Shown here: positions 35,411-43,249 of the stretch, piece after piece
Numbering within the stretch: the first letter of the stretch is position 1
How the letters are laid out: each line of letters starts with the position of its first letter
Assembly: GCA_900313775.1 (NCBI GenBank)
Contig: OMSP01000137.1
Coordinates: 1 to 43,249 of the forward strand
DNA from: an uncultured Eubacteriales bacterium
GTDB lineage: Bacteria > Bacillota > Clostridia > Lachnospirales > Lachnospiraceae
Length of the DNA: 43,249 nt
Direction: 5' to 3'
Position numbers and translations under genes: made by a program
The notes under the pieces: model-generated
Seen by the model: only the letters and a program-made list of their open reading frames with translations
What the model was told of the DNA's origin: nothing
Database searches by the model: none

Positions 35411-36697
35411 ATGATAGACAGTCAACTGTATGAGAGATTCGGATTGACCGCTCCGGTCATCGGATTTGCACAGAAGGAGCTGGAAGAACTGCGTCCGCGA
35501 TTCGACGCGATCGATGAAAATGCAGAAGCGGCACAGCTGCGCGTTATCGATGCGATGCAGCAGGCGCGTGTGGATGCGGCATGCTTTGCTTCCACCAACG
35601 GATACGGATATGACGATGTGGGGCGTGATAAGCTTGAGAAGGTCTATGCTCATCTGTTCGGCACGGATGACGCACTTGTACGGCCCCAGATCACCTGCGG
35701 CACACACGCTCTGTCGTTGGCTCTGCACGCGGTCTTAAGGCCCGGAGACGAGCTGATATCTCCTGTAGGGCAGCCATATGAGACACTCAAGTCAGTCATC
35801 GGTATCAAAGAGGCACGTAATTCTCTTGCAGAGTACGGAGTGAGCTATAAACAGATAGAGCTTAAGGATGATTTCAGTTTTGATTATGATGCGATCAGGG
35901 AAAGTATTACTGAAAAGACTCGCATGATGACGATTCAGCGCTCCAAAGGTTATCAGGTGCGGCCGAGTTTTTCCGCGAGACAGATAGGAGAGCTTATAGC
36001 ATTTATCAAGGATATCGACCCATCGATCATCTGCATGGTAGACAATTGTTACGGAGAGTTTGTCGAGGATGTCGAACCGAGTCATCTGGGAGCCGATCTG
36101 ACAGTCGGTTCGCTGATCAAAAACCCTGGAGGAGGGTTGGCACCGCTGGGAGGATATATCGCTGGAAGAGGCGATTTGATCGAACAATGCGCCTATATGC
36201 TTACCTCACCGGGGCTGGGAAAAGAAGTGGGAGCTTCCCTGTCTGTTCTTCCGGCCTTTTATCAGGGGTTGTTTCTGGCGCCTACAGTGACGGCTTCCGC
36301 TCTGAAAGGAGCGATCTTTGCCGCATCTGTCTATGAAGATCTCGGTTTCGACGTTCTGCCGGGCAAATATGATGAGCGGCATGATATCATTCAGGCGGTG
36401 ACCCTGGGATCGGCCGAACGCGTGATAGCTTTTTGCAGAGGCATCCAGGCGGGAGCGCCGGTCGATGCCTATGTCACTCCGGAGCCATGGGATATGCCCG
36501 GATATGACTGTCAGGTGATCATGGCTGCCGGCGCTTTTGTATCAGGATCATCGATCGAATTGAGTGCCGATGCTCCGATAAGAGAGCCGTATGCTGTATA
36601 CTTCCAGGGAGGGCTTACCTGGCCGCACGCTAAACTTGGCATTATGAAGTCATTACAGCAGCTTGTGGACGAAAGGCTGGTGGAAGTGCATGAGTGA
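35411..36697 (+). CDS. YnbB-type Cys/Met-metabolism PLP enzyme (methionine gamma-lyase family, 'aluminium resistance protein')
   Basis: NGYGYDDVGRDKLEKVYAHLFGTDDALVRPQITCGTHAL and GSLIKNPGGGLAPLGGYIAG (PLP lysine region) match this family as I know it. Confidence 0.85.
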   Translation: MIDSQLYERFGLTAPVIGFAQKELEELRPRFDAIDENAEAAQLRVIDAMQQARVDAACFASTNGYGYDDVGRDKLEKVYAHLFGTDDALVRPQITCGTHALSLALHAVLRPGDELISPVGQPYETLKSVIGIKEARNSLAEYGVSYKQIELKDDFSFDYDAIRESITEKTRMMTIQRSKGYQVRPSFSARQIGELIAFIKDIDPSIICMVDNCYGEFVEDVEPSHLGADLTVGSLIKNPGGGLAPLGGYIAGRGDLIEQCAYMLTSPGLGKEVGASLSVLPAFYQGLFLAPTVTASALKGAIFAASVYEDLGFDVLPGKYDERHDIIQAVTLGSAERVIAFCRGIQAGAPVDAYVTPEPWDMPGYDCQVIMAAGAFVSGSSIELSADAPIREPYAVYFQGGLTWPHAKLGIMKSLQQLVDERLVEVHE

Positions 36698-37913
36698 TCG
36701 AGCACAGGTCCTGGTCATCGGCGGAGGGGCATCCGGTATGGCGGCATCTGTCACGGCAGCTGCACGCGGGAGAGAAGTCGTCCTTCTGGAAGGGAATGAC
36801 CGCGTGGGGAAAAAGTTACTGGTCACAGGAAACGGTAAGTGTAATTTTACCAATGAGATACTTGATCCATCATGTTATCATGAGGCCGCCGGTTCTTTTG
36901 CTTCGTCCGTTATCGGTAAGTTCTCCAACAGAGATCTGATCGACTGGTTTTCGGATATCGGTATCGAATCCACGGTAAAAGACGGACGCGTTTACCCCGG
37001 AAGCGAGCAGGCATCAAGTGTCCTGGATGCACTGCGGCTGCAACTTGAAGGAACCGGTGTGCGAGTCATCACCGGGGCGAAAGTGATGTCGATCAGAAAG
37101 AAGCAAGAGCTGTTTGAAGTCCAGACGGTACAGAAGACCTGGTCGGCTGAGACAGTGATATTGGCTGCAGGTTCGGCAGCTGCTCCCAAGACAGGTTCAG
37201 ACGGATCCGGATACCGGCTTGCGGAACAGATGGGATTAACGGTGCGTGAACCACTGCCGGCTCTGACGAGTCTGCATCTGAAAGCAGATTATACAAAGTC
37301 ATGGCAGGGAGTGAGATGCGATGGCAGTATCACTCTTATATCTGACGGCAGTCCAGTTGCATCATCACAGGGCCAGCTTCAGCTGACATCTTACGGTATA
37401 TCCGGCATACCTGCGTTTCAGGTGAGTCGATACGCCTCGCGTTCTCTGGCAGAAGGCAGTAAAGTCAGCGCACGTATTTGTTTCGGCAGTGGAGAGAAGA
37501 CAGCGGAGGAAACGGGAAAAAGTTTGAAAGCAAGACGGGAGAAGATAGGAGACTATCCTGCCGCAAGCTTTCTGAATGGTGTTCTGCCAAAAAACCTTGC
37601 AGGCGTATTGCTTCGTCTCGCCGGCTTCGGCAAAGGTAAATACTGCAGAGATCTGACTGATCAGGAACTGGAGAGCCTGGCCGATATCATGACTGAGCTT
37701 GTCGTTCCGGTGACCGGAACAGGCGGTCTTGTCCAGGCACAGGTGTGCACCGGAGGAGTGGTGACGGACCAGATAGACCCAGCCAGCATGGAGTGCTTTG
37801 ATATTCCGGGTCTGTATGTAACCGGCGAGCTGTTGGATGTAGACGGGATCTGCGGCGGATACAATCTGCACTGGGCGTTTGCCACCGGGCGTCTGGCCGG
37901 ATTCAGCGTCTGA
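36690..37913 (+). CDS. HI0933/YhiN (BaiN-like) family FAD-dependent oxidoreductase
   Basis: Start MSDRAQVLVIGGGASGMAAS (ATG 36690; the 36663 start in the track lies inside the upstream gene). LLVTGNGKCNFTN. C-terminal GLYVTGELLDVDGICGGYNLHWAFATG. Confidence 0.85.
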   Translation: MSDRAQVLVIGGGASGMAASVTAAARGREVVLLEGNDRVGKKLLVTGNGKCNFTNEILDPSCYHEAAGSFASSVIGKFSNRDLIDWFSDIGIESTVKDGRVYPGSEQASSVLDALRLQLEGTGVRVITGAKVMSIRKKQELFEVQTVQKTWSAETVILAAGSAAAPKTGSDGSGYRLAEQMGLTVREPLPALTSLHLKADYTKSWQGVRCDGSITLISDGSPVASSQGQLQLTSYGISGIPAFQVSRYASRSLAEGSKVSARICFGSGEKTAEETGKSLKARREKIGDYPAASFLNGVLPKNLAGVLLRLAGFGKGKYCRDLTDQELESLADIMTELVVPVTGTGGLVQAQVCTGGVVTDQIDPASMECFDIPGLYVTGELLDVDGICGGYNLHWAFATGRLAGFSV

Positions 37914-37919
37914 GCGCGG

Positions 37920-37948
37920 TGTACAAGATGAGCGATCTATGCTATACT
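37920..37948 (+). promoter_or_regulatory. Candidate promoter of the mre operon
   Basis: TGTACA (37920-37925), 17 nt, TATACT (37943-37948) with TG at 37940-37941 (extended -10). Confidence 0.4.
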
Positions 37949-37961
37949 GACAATGTTCATG

Positions 37962-38034
37962 ACAGGGGAGTGTGATCTGCGAAAGGAACCGTCAAAGGTT
38001 CCGTTCTGATGCGTGTTTCGCGTTGATTCCCTGT
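37962..38034 (+). promoter_or_regulatory. Predicted structured 5' leader upstream of mreB-like gene (nested helices), class unknown
   Basis: Outer helix acagggga (37962-37969) / ttccctgt (38027-38034). Middle helix gcgaaa (37979-37984) / tttcgc (38016-38021). Inner hairpin ggaacc-gtcaaa-ggttcc (37985-38002). No T-tract follows. Confidence 0.3.
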
Positions 38035-38063
38035 GCAGGTTTAGTTAATGATACGGAAGACCT

Positions 38064-39086
38064 ATGGCTAAACATCATGTGTACGGCATAGATCTTGGAT
38101 CATATGAGATCAAGGTCTATGATCTGGAAAAAGACAATATATGGACGGAAAAGAATGTAGTTGCCGTTGACAGCAGCGGTGCGCTGCTTGCGGTCGGCGA
38201 CCATGCTTTTGCCATGTATGAGAAAACGCCTCCGGATATAGAGGTCGTCTTTCCTATGCATGAGGGCGTCATCTCTGACTTCCAGCATATTCAGGATCTG
38301 CTGCAGTATCTTCTGGATGCGGGCAGCACTTTCGCTGCGGGCGGCGAGTATACGATCGCTGTTCCGGCTGACGTTACTGAGCTGGAGAAGCGGGCTTTCT
38401 TTGATCTGCTCGTTCACTCTTCGGCGAAGGCACGCTCTGTCAAGGTCATCGAGCGCGGAGTCGCAGACGCGATCGGTCTCGGGCTTGACGTTCAGAGATC
38501 TGACGGAGTCTTCGTTGCCAATTTTGGCGGAGAGACGCTGGAACTGTCTGTTATCGCTGCCGGCGGGCTGGTCTTTAATCAGCGCCTCCCGATCGGCGGG
38601 AGAGTGATGGACAGGCTGATCGTAGAGCGTGTTCGGCATCATTACAATTTTCTGATCGGACTGACCACTGCCGAGAAACTGAGGATGAAGGTCGGCATCA
38701 AGGACGACAGAAGCGGACGCACTGTCAAGATCGCAGGGCGCGATCTGCTCTACGGTGTTCCGACAGTCAAACAGATTCCTGCTTCTTTGGTACGGGCTTC
38801 TCTGAAAGATCTTCTGGAACAATGCGTGGAAGCCATCCTGTCGCTCATAGAACGGACACCGCCGGAGATACACAGGATCATATTGAATGACGGGATCTAT
38901 GTGGCGGGCGGATTGGCAAGGATGACCGGTCTGCCGCAGTATATCAACCGCGCGACCGGACTGCATGTGCATACTTCACGCAAACCTGAGATGTGTTCGG
39001 TAAGGGGACTGGAGCAGATAGTCAAGCTGGAGGAATTGAATGAACTCGCGTATTCCATGGAGGAAGACACGGAGCGCTGGGCATAA
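38064..39086 (+). CDS. mreB: MreB-family actin-like protein (divergent)
   Basis: Colinear with B. subtilis/E. coli MreB: YGIDLGSYEIKVY, LLAVGDHAFAMYEKTPPDIEVVFPMHEGVISDF, FGGETLELSVIAAGGLV, IGLTTAEKLRMKVG, IYVAGGLARMTGL. Followed by mreC and mreD. Confidence 0.85.
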   Translation: MAKHHVYGIDLGSYEIKVYDLEKDNIWTEKNVVAVDSSGALLAVGDHAFAMYEKTPPDIEVVFPMHEGVISDFQHIQDLLQYLLDAGSTFAAGGEYTIAVPADVTELEKRAFFDLLVHSSAKARSVKVIERGVADAIGLGLDVQRSDGVFVANFGGETLELSVIAAGGLVFNQRLPIGGRVMDRLIVERVRHHYNFLIGLTTAEKLRMKVGIKDDRSGRTVKIAGRDLLYGVPTVKQIPASLVRASLKDLLEQCVEAILSLIERTPPEIHRIILNDGIYVAGGLARMTGLPQYINRATGLHVHTSRKPEMCSVRGLEQIVKLEELNELAYSMEEDTERWA

Positions 39087-39088
39087 TC

Positions 39089-39961
39089 ATGAAATCAGTC
39101 AAGAATATCAAAATCAAAAGCCGGCATTTGCTGCTGATCTTTGCCGCCATCTGCGTAATACTGATGGGACTTTCGCTTCTGTCCAAGATGACCAGAGGAC
39201 CCTTCCGTGTGATCGCAGGTTACACAGTCGTGCCGATGCAGAAAGGTCTGAACCACATCGGTCGCTGGACGGTGGATGTGACACAGAATTTTCAGACGAT
39301 CAAGGAGCTTCGAACTGAAAACAAGAAACTGCAGAAGCAGATAGATGACCTCACCGTTGAAAACGGTGAGCTGGCTCTGAACCAGAAGGAGCTGGAGCGC
39401 CTGGAGGGATTATATAAGCTGGATCAGAACTATGCAGATTATGAAAAGACCGGCGCCCGTGTCATTGCAAGCAATACCAGCAACTGGTTTGATGTGTTTA
39501 CAATAGACAAAGGCAAGAAAGACGGTATCAAACCGGGCATGAATGTCATGGCCGGATCCGGTCTTGTCGGTATAGTGACCGAGACAGGGCCGAACTGGGC
39601 TTCCGTGCGTTCCATCATAGATGACACCAGCTATGTCTCAGGCATGATGCTTTCGACCGGTGAAAAGTGTATGATCCGCGGGGATCTGAGGCTGATAGGT
39701 TCCGGCAAAATACGTTTCGAGGATCTGCCTGTGAGCGACGCTGAGATAGAAAAGGGCGAGCAGGTGGTCACTTCTTATATCAGCAATAAGTATCTTCAGG
39801 GTATACTGATCGGTTATGTCAGCGAGATCAAGACGGACAAGAACGGACTTACACGGCACGGGACTATTACGCCGGCCGCTGATTTCTCGGATCTTCAGGA
39901 TGTACTGGTGATTACAAAGACCAAGGTCGAACTGGATAAACAGAACAATAAGAAAGACTGA
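39089..39961 (+). CDS. mreC: Rod shape-determining protein MreC
   Basis: N-terminal TM, coiled-coil (LRTENKKLQKQIDDLTVENGEL), beta-domain GMNVMAGSGLVGIVTETGPNWASVRSIID. Confidence 0.9.
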   Translation: MKSVKNIKIKSRHLLLIFAAICVILMGLSLLSKMTRGPFRVIAGYTVVPMQKGLNHIGRWTVDVTQNFQTIKELRTENKKLQKQIDDLTVENGELALNQKELERLEGLYKLDQNYADYEKTGARVIASNTSNWFDVFTIDKGKKDGIKPGMNVMAGSGLVGIVTETGPNWASVRSIIDDTSYVSGMMLSTGEKCMIRGDLRLIGSGKIRFEDLPVSDAEIEKGEQVVTSYISNKYLQGILIGYVSEIKTDKNGLTRHGTITPAADFSDLQDVLVITKTKVELDKQNNKKD

Positions 39962-39969
39962 GGAGTTCT

Positions 39970-40494
39970 TTGAACCGCTATCGTTTTATCATAAAAATAC
40001 TGATCATATTGGTCGCGTTTCTGGCTCAGAGCATGCTGTTCGGCAGCATCTCTTTTGCTTCCGTACGCCCCAATCTGCTTCTGATCATTACGGCTCTTTC
40101 CGGTTTTATGATAGGAGAGAAAGAGGGAATATGGGTCGGTTTCGTCTGTGGTCTGTTCTGGGATATCTCCAGCGGAGAGCTGATCGGTTATTATGCGCTG
40201 ATCTTTCTGATCATCGGTTATTTCAACGGCCGCTTTCACAGCCTGTTTTTCGATGAGGACGTAAGGCTGCCGCTGACAGCTGTCGCTGTGAGCGATCTGG
40301 TCTTCGGACTGATCGTCTGCGTCACCCAGTTTTTCCTGCGCGGCCGCTTTGCCTTTGGAACTTATCTGTTCCGCATCATACTTCCCGAACTGCTCTTTAC
40401 TGTTCTCGTGACGCTGATGCTGTATCCGCTGATCATCCGTTACAGCCGTTTTGCTTATGATTTCGAGCAAAGGAGATCCGGTAAATTTGTTTGA
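39970..40494 (+). CDS. mreD: Rod shape-determining protein MreD
   Basis: 174-aa polytopic membrane protein in the canonical position after mreC. TTG start. Confidence 0.8.
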   Translation: MNRYRFIIKILIILVAFLAQSMLFGSISFASVRPNLLLIITALSGFMIGEKEGIWVGFVCGLFWDISSGELIGYYALIFLIIGYFNGRFHSLFFDEDVRLPLTAVAVSDLVFGLIVCVTQFFLRGRFAFGTYLFRIILPELLFTVLVTLMLYPLIIRYSRFAYDFEQRRSGKFV

Positions 40495-43249
40495 GCAGAT
40501 AAGAAAAAGGGCGCTTAAACTGTTTACTTCACGCGTCTTTATACTGACCTTCGTACTGGTCCTTCTCTTTGGTAATCTTATCCGCAAAGTGTTCAGTCTG
40601 CAGATCATCCACGGGCAGGAGTATGAAGAAGAGTATGCGCTTCAGATCAGAAAAACCAAGACCTTCCGCGGGACGCGAGGCAATATCTATGATTCCGCCG
40701 GCAACCTCCTGGCGTACAATACCGTTGCATACTCAGTGACGATCGAGGACGAAGGACAGTATAAGGACCGCGATCAGAAAAACCGTATGCTGAATGCAAT
40801 CATACTTCGCACGATCGATCTGATCGAATCCAACGGAGATTCCGTCGATACTTCGTCTTTCGGCATAGAAATGACGGAGAAGGGATATGCTTTCAGAGAT
40901 ACCGGCACCTCCAAGCTTCGTTTCCTCGCAGATGTCTTCGGATATACGACGATCGATAAGCTCTCCAATGAACAGAAGAATATATCAGCCGGGGATCTGA
41001 TCAATTATCTGTGTACTGACGATACATACGGGTATGACATCGATACCAAACAGCTGGACGCGTCAACCACGCTGAAGCTGGTCAATGTGCGTTACCGGAT
41101 GGGTCTGAATAATTATCAGAAATATATCAGCACCAGTATTGCAGAGAATGTCTCGGACAAGACTGTAGCCGCAATCAAGGAAAATAAGGTGGATCTGACC
41201 GGCGTGGACATATCCGAAGAATATGTCCGAAAGTATAATGACTCCAAGTATTTTGCGCCGGTGATCGGCTATACCGGCGATATCTCCATTGAGGAGTATG
41301 AGACGCTGATCAGCGACAACAAGGATTATGAGAGGACCGACGTCATCGGAAAGGCCGGTCTGGAACAGTCGCTTGATGAGTATCTGCAGGGCGGTAAAGG
41401 CGAAGAGGAACTCTATGTGGATAATACGGGCCGCATCCTTTCCAGCAAACAGACAAAGCAGGCGTCGGCAGGCAATGATGTATACCTGACGATCGACAGC
41501 GATCTTCAGAAGGCAGTCTATCAGCTGATCGAACAGAAACTTGCCGGTATCCTTTGCAGCCGGCTGATCCCGGATCTGGAGTTTGATCCCCATTCCGTGA
41601 ATGATACCTTCAAACTCAAGACGCCGATAGGCGATGTGTACTATGACCTCTTCAACAACGAAGTGCTCGACATGGATCATATGTGGAACAGCAAAGCACA
41701 GAAGAACGAGAAGGCTGTTGCGCAGGCCGTCGATGACGGTACTTCAGAGCAGCTGAAGAAGGCGCTTAAGATCATGAAAGACCCAGGCGGCAAGGTTTTC
41801 AAGGATCTGAGTGTCGAGATGCAGAATTATCTGACCTGCCTGGTCGATCGTGTGCTGACTGATGATGCGGGTATCATCATCGGGGAACAGGTCGACAATA
41901 CTGATGATATGGTGAAGGCCTGGGTCAAAGACGAGACTGTCAACGCCTATGACTATATGAATTATGTGATCTCAAAAGGCTGGATCGACATGACTTTGCT
42001 GCAGCCTTATCTGGGCAAATCGTCCACCTATTCAGACGCTTCCCAGATCTATCAGGCTGTCATTGAGTACCTGAAAGACAATGCTGCTGCCAATCATGCT
42101 TTCCGGAAGATCGTGATCAAATACCTCATCAGGGAGAAAAAGATAACAGGCAAGCAGCTGTGCATGATGCTGTACGAACAGGGAGTTCTCAAAAAGACTG
42201 ACGGTGTGTATAAGCAGCTGGCAAGCGGCTCTATGAAGCCTTATAATTTTATGCTTCACGAGATACAGACACTGGCTCTTACACCGGGTCAGCTGGGCAC
42301 GGAGCCCTGCAGCGCTTCTGCCGTTGTCACTGATGTCAAGACCGGCAAGGTCCTGGCCTGCGTCTCATATCCGGGCTACGACAACAACAGGCTCTCCAAT
42401 ATCATGGACAACAAATACTTCAAGCGTCTGTCGTCCATGAGTTCGAGCCCGCTGTACAACAAGGCGACTCAGGTGCGCACTGCGCCAGGATCGACCTATA
42501 AGATGATGACGGCCATTTCCGGACTGGGAGAGGGTGCGATAACTACTGATACTCATGTCCGCTGTACCGGAACTTTCTGGAAGGTGGAACCGCCGATCCA
42601 GTGCTGGATCCACCCCAGGGGACACGGCTCGATCGATGTGGTCAAGGCGCTGACTGTATCCTGCAACTCTTTCTTTAACCAGGTAGGTTACAATCTCGGA
42701 CTGACGGCAGACGGGACGTTCTCAAGTTCGCTGGGTATACAGAAACTGAGAAAATATGCCCGCGCATTCGGATTCGCAGATAAATCGGGTATCGAGCTCA
42801 CCGAATCCGCTCCGAAGATATCGGACACTGCCGCGGTACCTTCAGCCATGGGGCAGGGCACAAACAACTATACGACGACCCAATTGGTCAAATACGTACA
42901 GACAGTCGCGAATAGCGGAATGAGATATGACCTGACACTGGTCAATGAAGTAAAGGACGCAAAGGGAAAGACGATCAAGAAGAGTGAGCAGAAGGGGAAA
43001 AACGACCTGAAAGACGTTCCGGAGGAGGCCTGGACAGCCGTACATAAGGGTATGCATAAAGCTACGGATGAGAGTAAGCCGTTCTTCGTGCTCCACGAAG
43101 ACGGATTCAAGATGGCCGGGAAGACCGGTACGGCACAACAGAGCCGTGTGCATCCTGACCATGGTCTCTTTGTCGGCTATGCTCCCTATGAAGAACCGGA
43201 GATCGCTATGGCTATCCGCATCACCAACGGTTACAGCTCTGCATTTGCC
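40487..43249 (+). CDS. mrdA: Penicillin-binding protein 2 (class B transpeptidase), 3' end outside the window
   Basis: Not in the ORF track because it has no stop in the window. Frame is open for 921 codons from TTG 40487 (AGGAGA SD 10 nt upstream; 8-nt overlap with mreD). TM FILTFVLVLLFG, RGNIYDSAGNLLAYN, SxxK = STYK (42491-42502), SxN = SCN (42659-42667), KTG (43121-43129). Confidence 0.9.
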   Translation, partial: MFEQIRKRALKLFTSRVFILTFVLVLLFGNLIRKVFSLQIIHGQEYEEEYALQIRKTKTFRGTRGNIYDSAGNLLAYNTVAYSVTIEDEGQYKDRDQKNRMLNAIILRTIDLIESNGDSVDTSSFGIEMTEKGYAFRDTGTSKLRFLADVFGYTTIDKLSNEQKNISAGDLINYLCTDDTYGYDIDTKQLDASTTLKLVNVRYRMGLNNYQKYISTSIAENVSDKTVAAIKENKVDLTGVDISEEYVRKYNDSKYFAPVIGYTGDISIEEYETLISDNKDYERTDVIGKAGLEQSLDEYLQGGKGEEELYVDNTGRILSSKQTKQASAGNDVYLTIDSDLQKAVYQLIEQKLAGILCSRLIPDLEFDPHSVNDTFKLKTPIGDVYYDLFNNEVLDMDHMWNSKAQKNEKAVAQAVDDGTSEQLKKALKIMKDPGGKVFKDLSVEMQNYLTCLVDRVLTDDAGIIIGEQVDNTDDMVKAWVKDETVNAYDYMNYVISKGWIDMTLLQPYLGKSSTYSDASQIYQAVIEYLKDNAAANHAFRKIVIKYLIREKKITGKQLCMMLYEQGVLKKTDGVYKQLASGSMKPYNFMLHEIQTLALTPGQLGTEPCSASAVVTDVKTGKVLACVSYPGYDNNRLSNIMDNKYFKRLSSMSSSPLYNKATQVRTAPGSTYKMMTAISGLGEGAITTDTHVRCTGTFWKVEPPIQCWIHPRGHGSIDVVKALTVSCNSFFNQVGYNLGLTADGTFSSSLGIQKLRKYARAFGFADKSGIELTESAPKISDTAAVPSAMGQGTNNYTTTQLVKYVQTVANSGMRYDLTLVNEVKDAKGKTIKKSEQKGKNDLKDVPEEAWTAVHKGMHKATDESKPFFVLHEDGFKMAGKTGTAQQSRVHPDHGLFVGYAPYEEPEIAMAIRITNGYSSAFA

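Noticed and set aside
37928-37975. 15-codon mini-ORF (MSDLCYTDNVHDRGV) in the mre leader
   Set aside because: There is no SD, and it would start upstream of the predicted TSS. Nothing suggests a leader peptide.
37985-38002. ggaacc...ggttcc hairpin as terminator of the flavoprotein gene
   Set aside because: It is only 6 bp, no T-tract follows, and it lies downstream of the predicted mre promoter. It is treated as part of a leader structure instead.
38100-38972. 290-aa minus-strand ORF opposite the mreB-like gene
   Set aside because: The sense strand aligns along its full length to MreB. The antisense product is low-complexity and has no start context.
1-43249. Search for mobile elements, CRISPR repeats, tRNA/rRNA genes and defence-system hallmarks
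   Set aside because: No transposase, integrase or recombinase-like ORFs turned up. Nor did I see regularly spaced direct repeats, tRNA-like cloverleaf candidates in the few intergenic gaps, or nuclease, methylase or STAND-type ORFs. The window is core housekeeping DNA apart from the cassette at 7050-12402.

Overview
This window looks like a core chromosomal segment of a Firmicutes/Clostridia-type genome. The gene order resembles Lachnospiraceae or Clostridiales, but that taxon call is inference. I count about 37 protein-coding genes, all on the + strand and tightly packed. Many junctions overlap by 1-35 nt, and only four intergenic gaps exceed 40 nt.

Gene order:
- partial hydantoinase/dihydropyrimidinase, then an XdhC-like maturation factor
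- pyrH-frr-uppS-cdsA-dxr-rseP
- three uncharacterised ORFs (1101, 430 and 255 aa)
- purB, nnrD, alr, a CorC-like protein, an AEC transporter, yebC, ftsK, folD
- a zinc-ribbon membrane protein, then udp-cdd-phoH-ybeY
- a MOP-family flippase, 5-formyl-THF cyclo-ligase, miaB-mutS-mutL-miaA
- a PAP2 phosphatase, a YnbB-like PLP enzyme, an HI0933-type flavoprotein
- mreB-like, mreC, mreD and mrdA (PBP2, which runs off the 3' end)

I saw no rRNA, tRNA, CRISPR array, transposase, integrase or phage genes.

The stand-out is the cassette at 7050-12402. It encodes a giant soluble protein (beta-sandwich plus helical repeats), an Hsp70/actin-fold protein whose nucleotide-binding loops are degenerate, and a small TPR protein. 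The three ORFs are joined to each other and to rseP and purB without any intergenic signals. They sit where related genomes carry proS-polC or ispG.

Secondary observations:
- two compact terminator/promoter composites
- an acidic tail on NnrD
- a domain-permuted XdhC
- a structured leader before a divergent mreB
- a large insertion and a Cys/His cluster in PBP2

All product calls rest on motif recognition by eye. No database search was possible.
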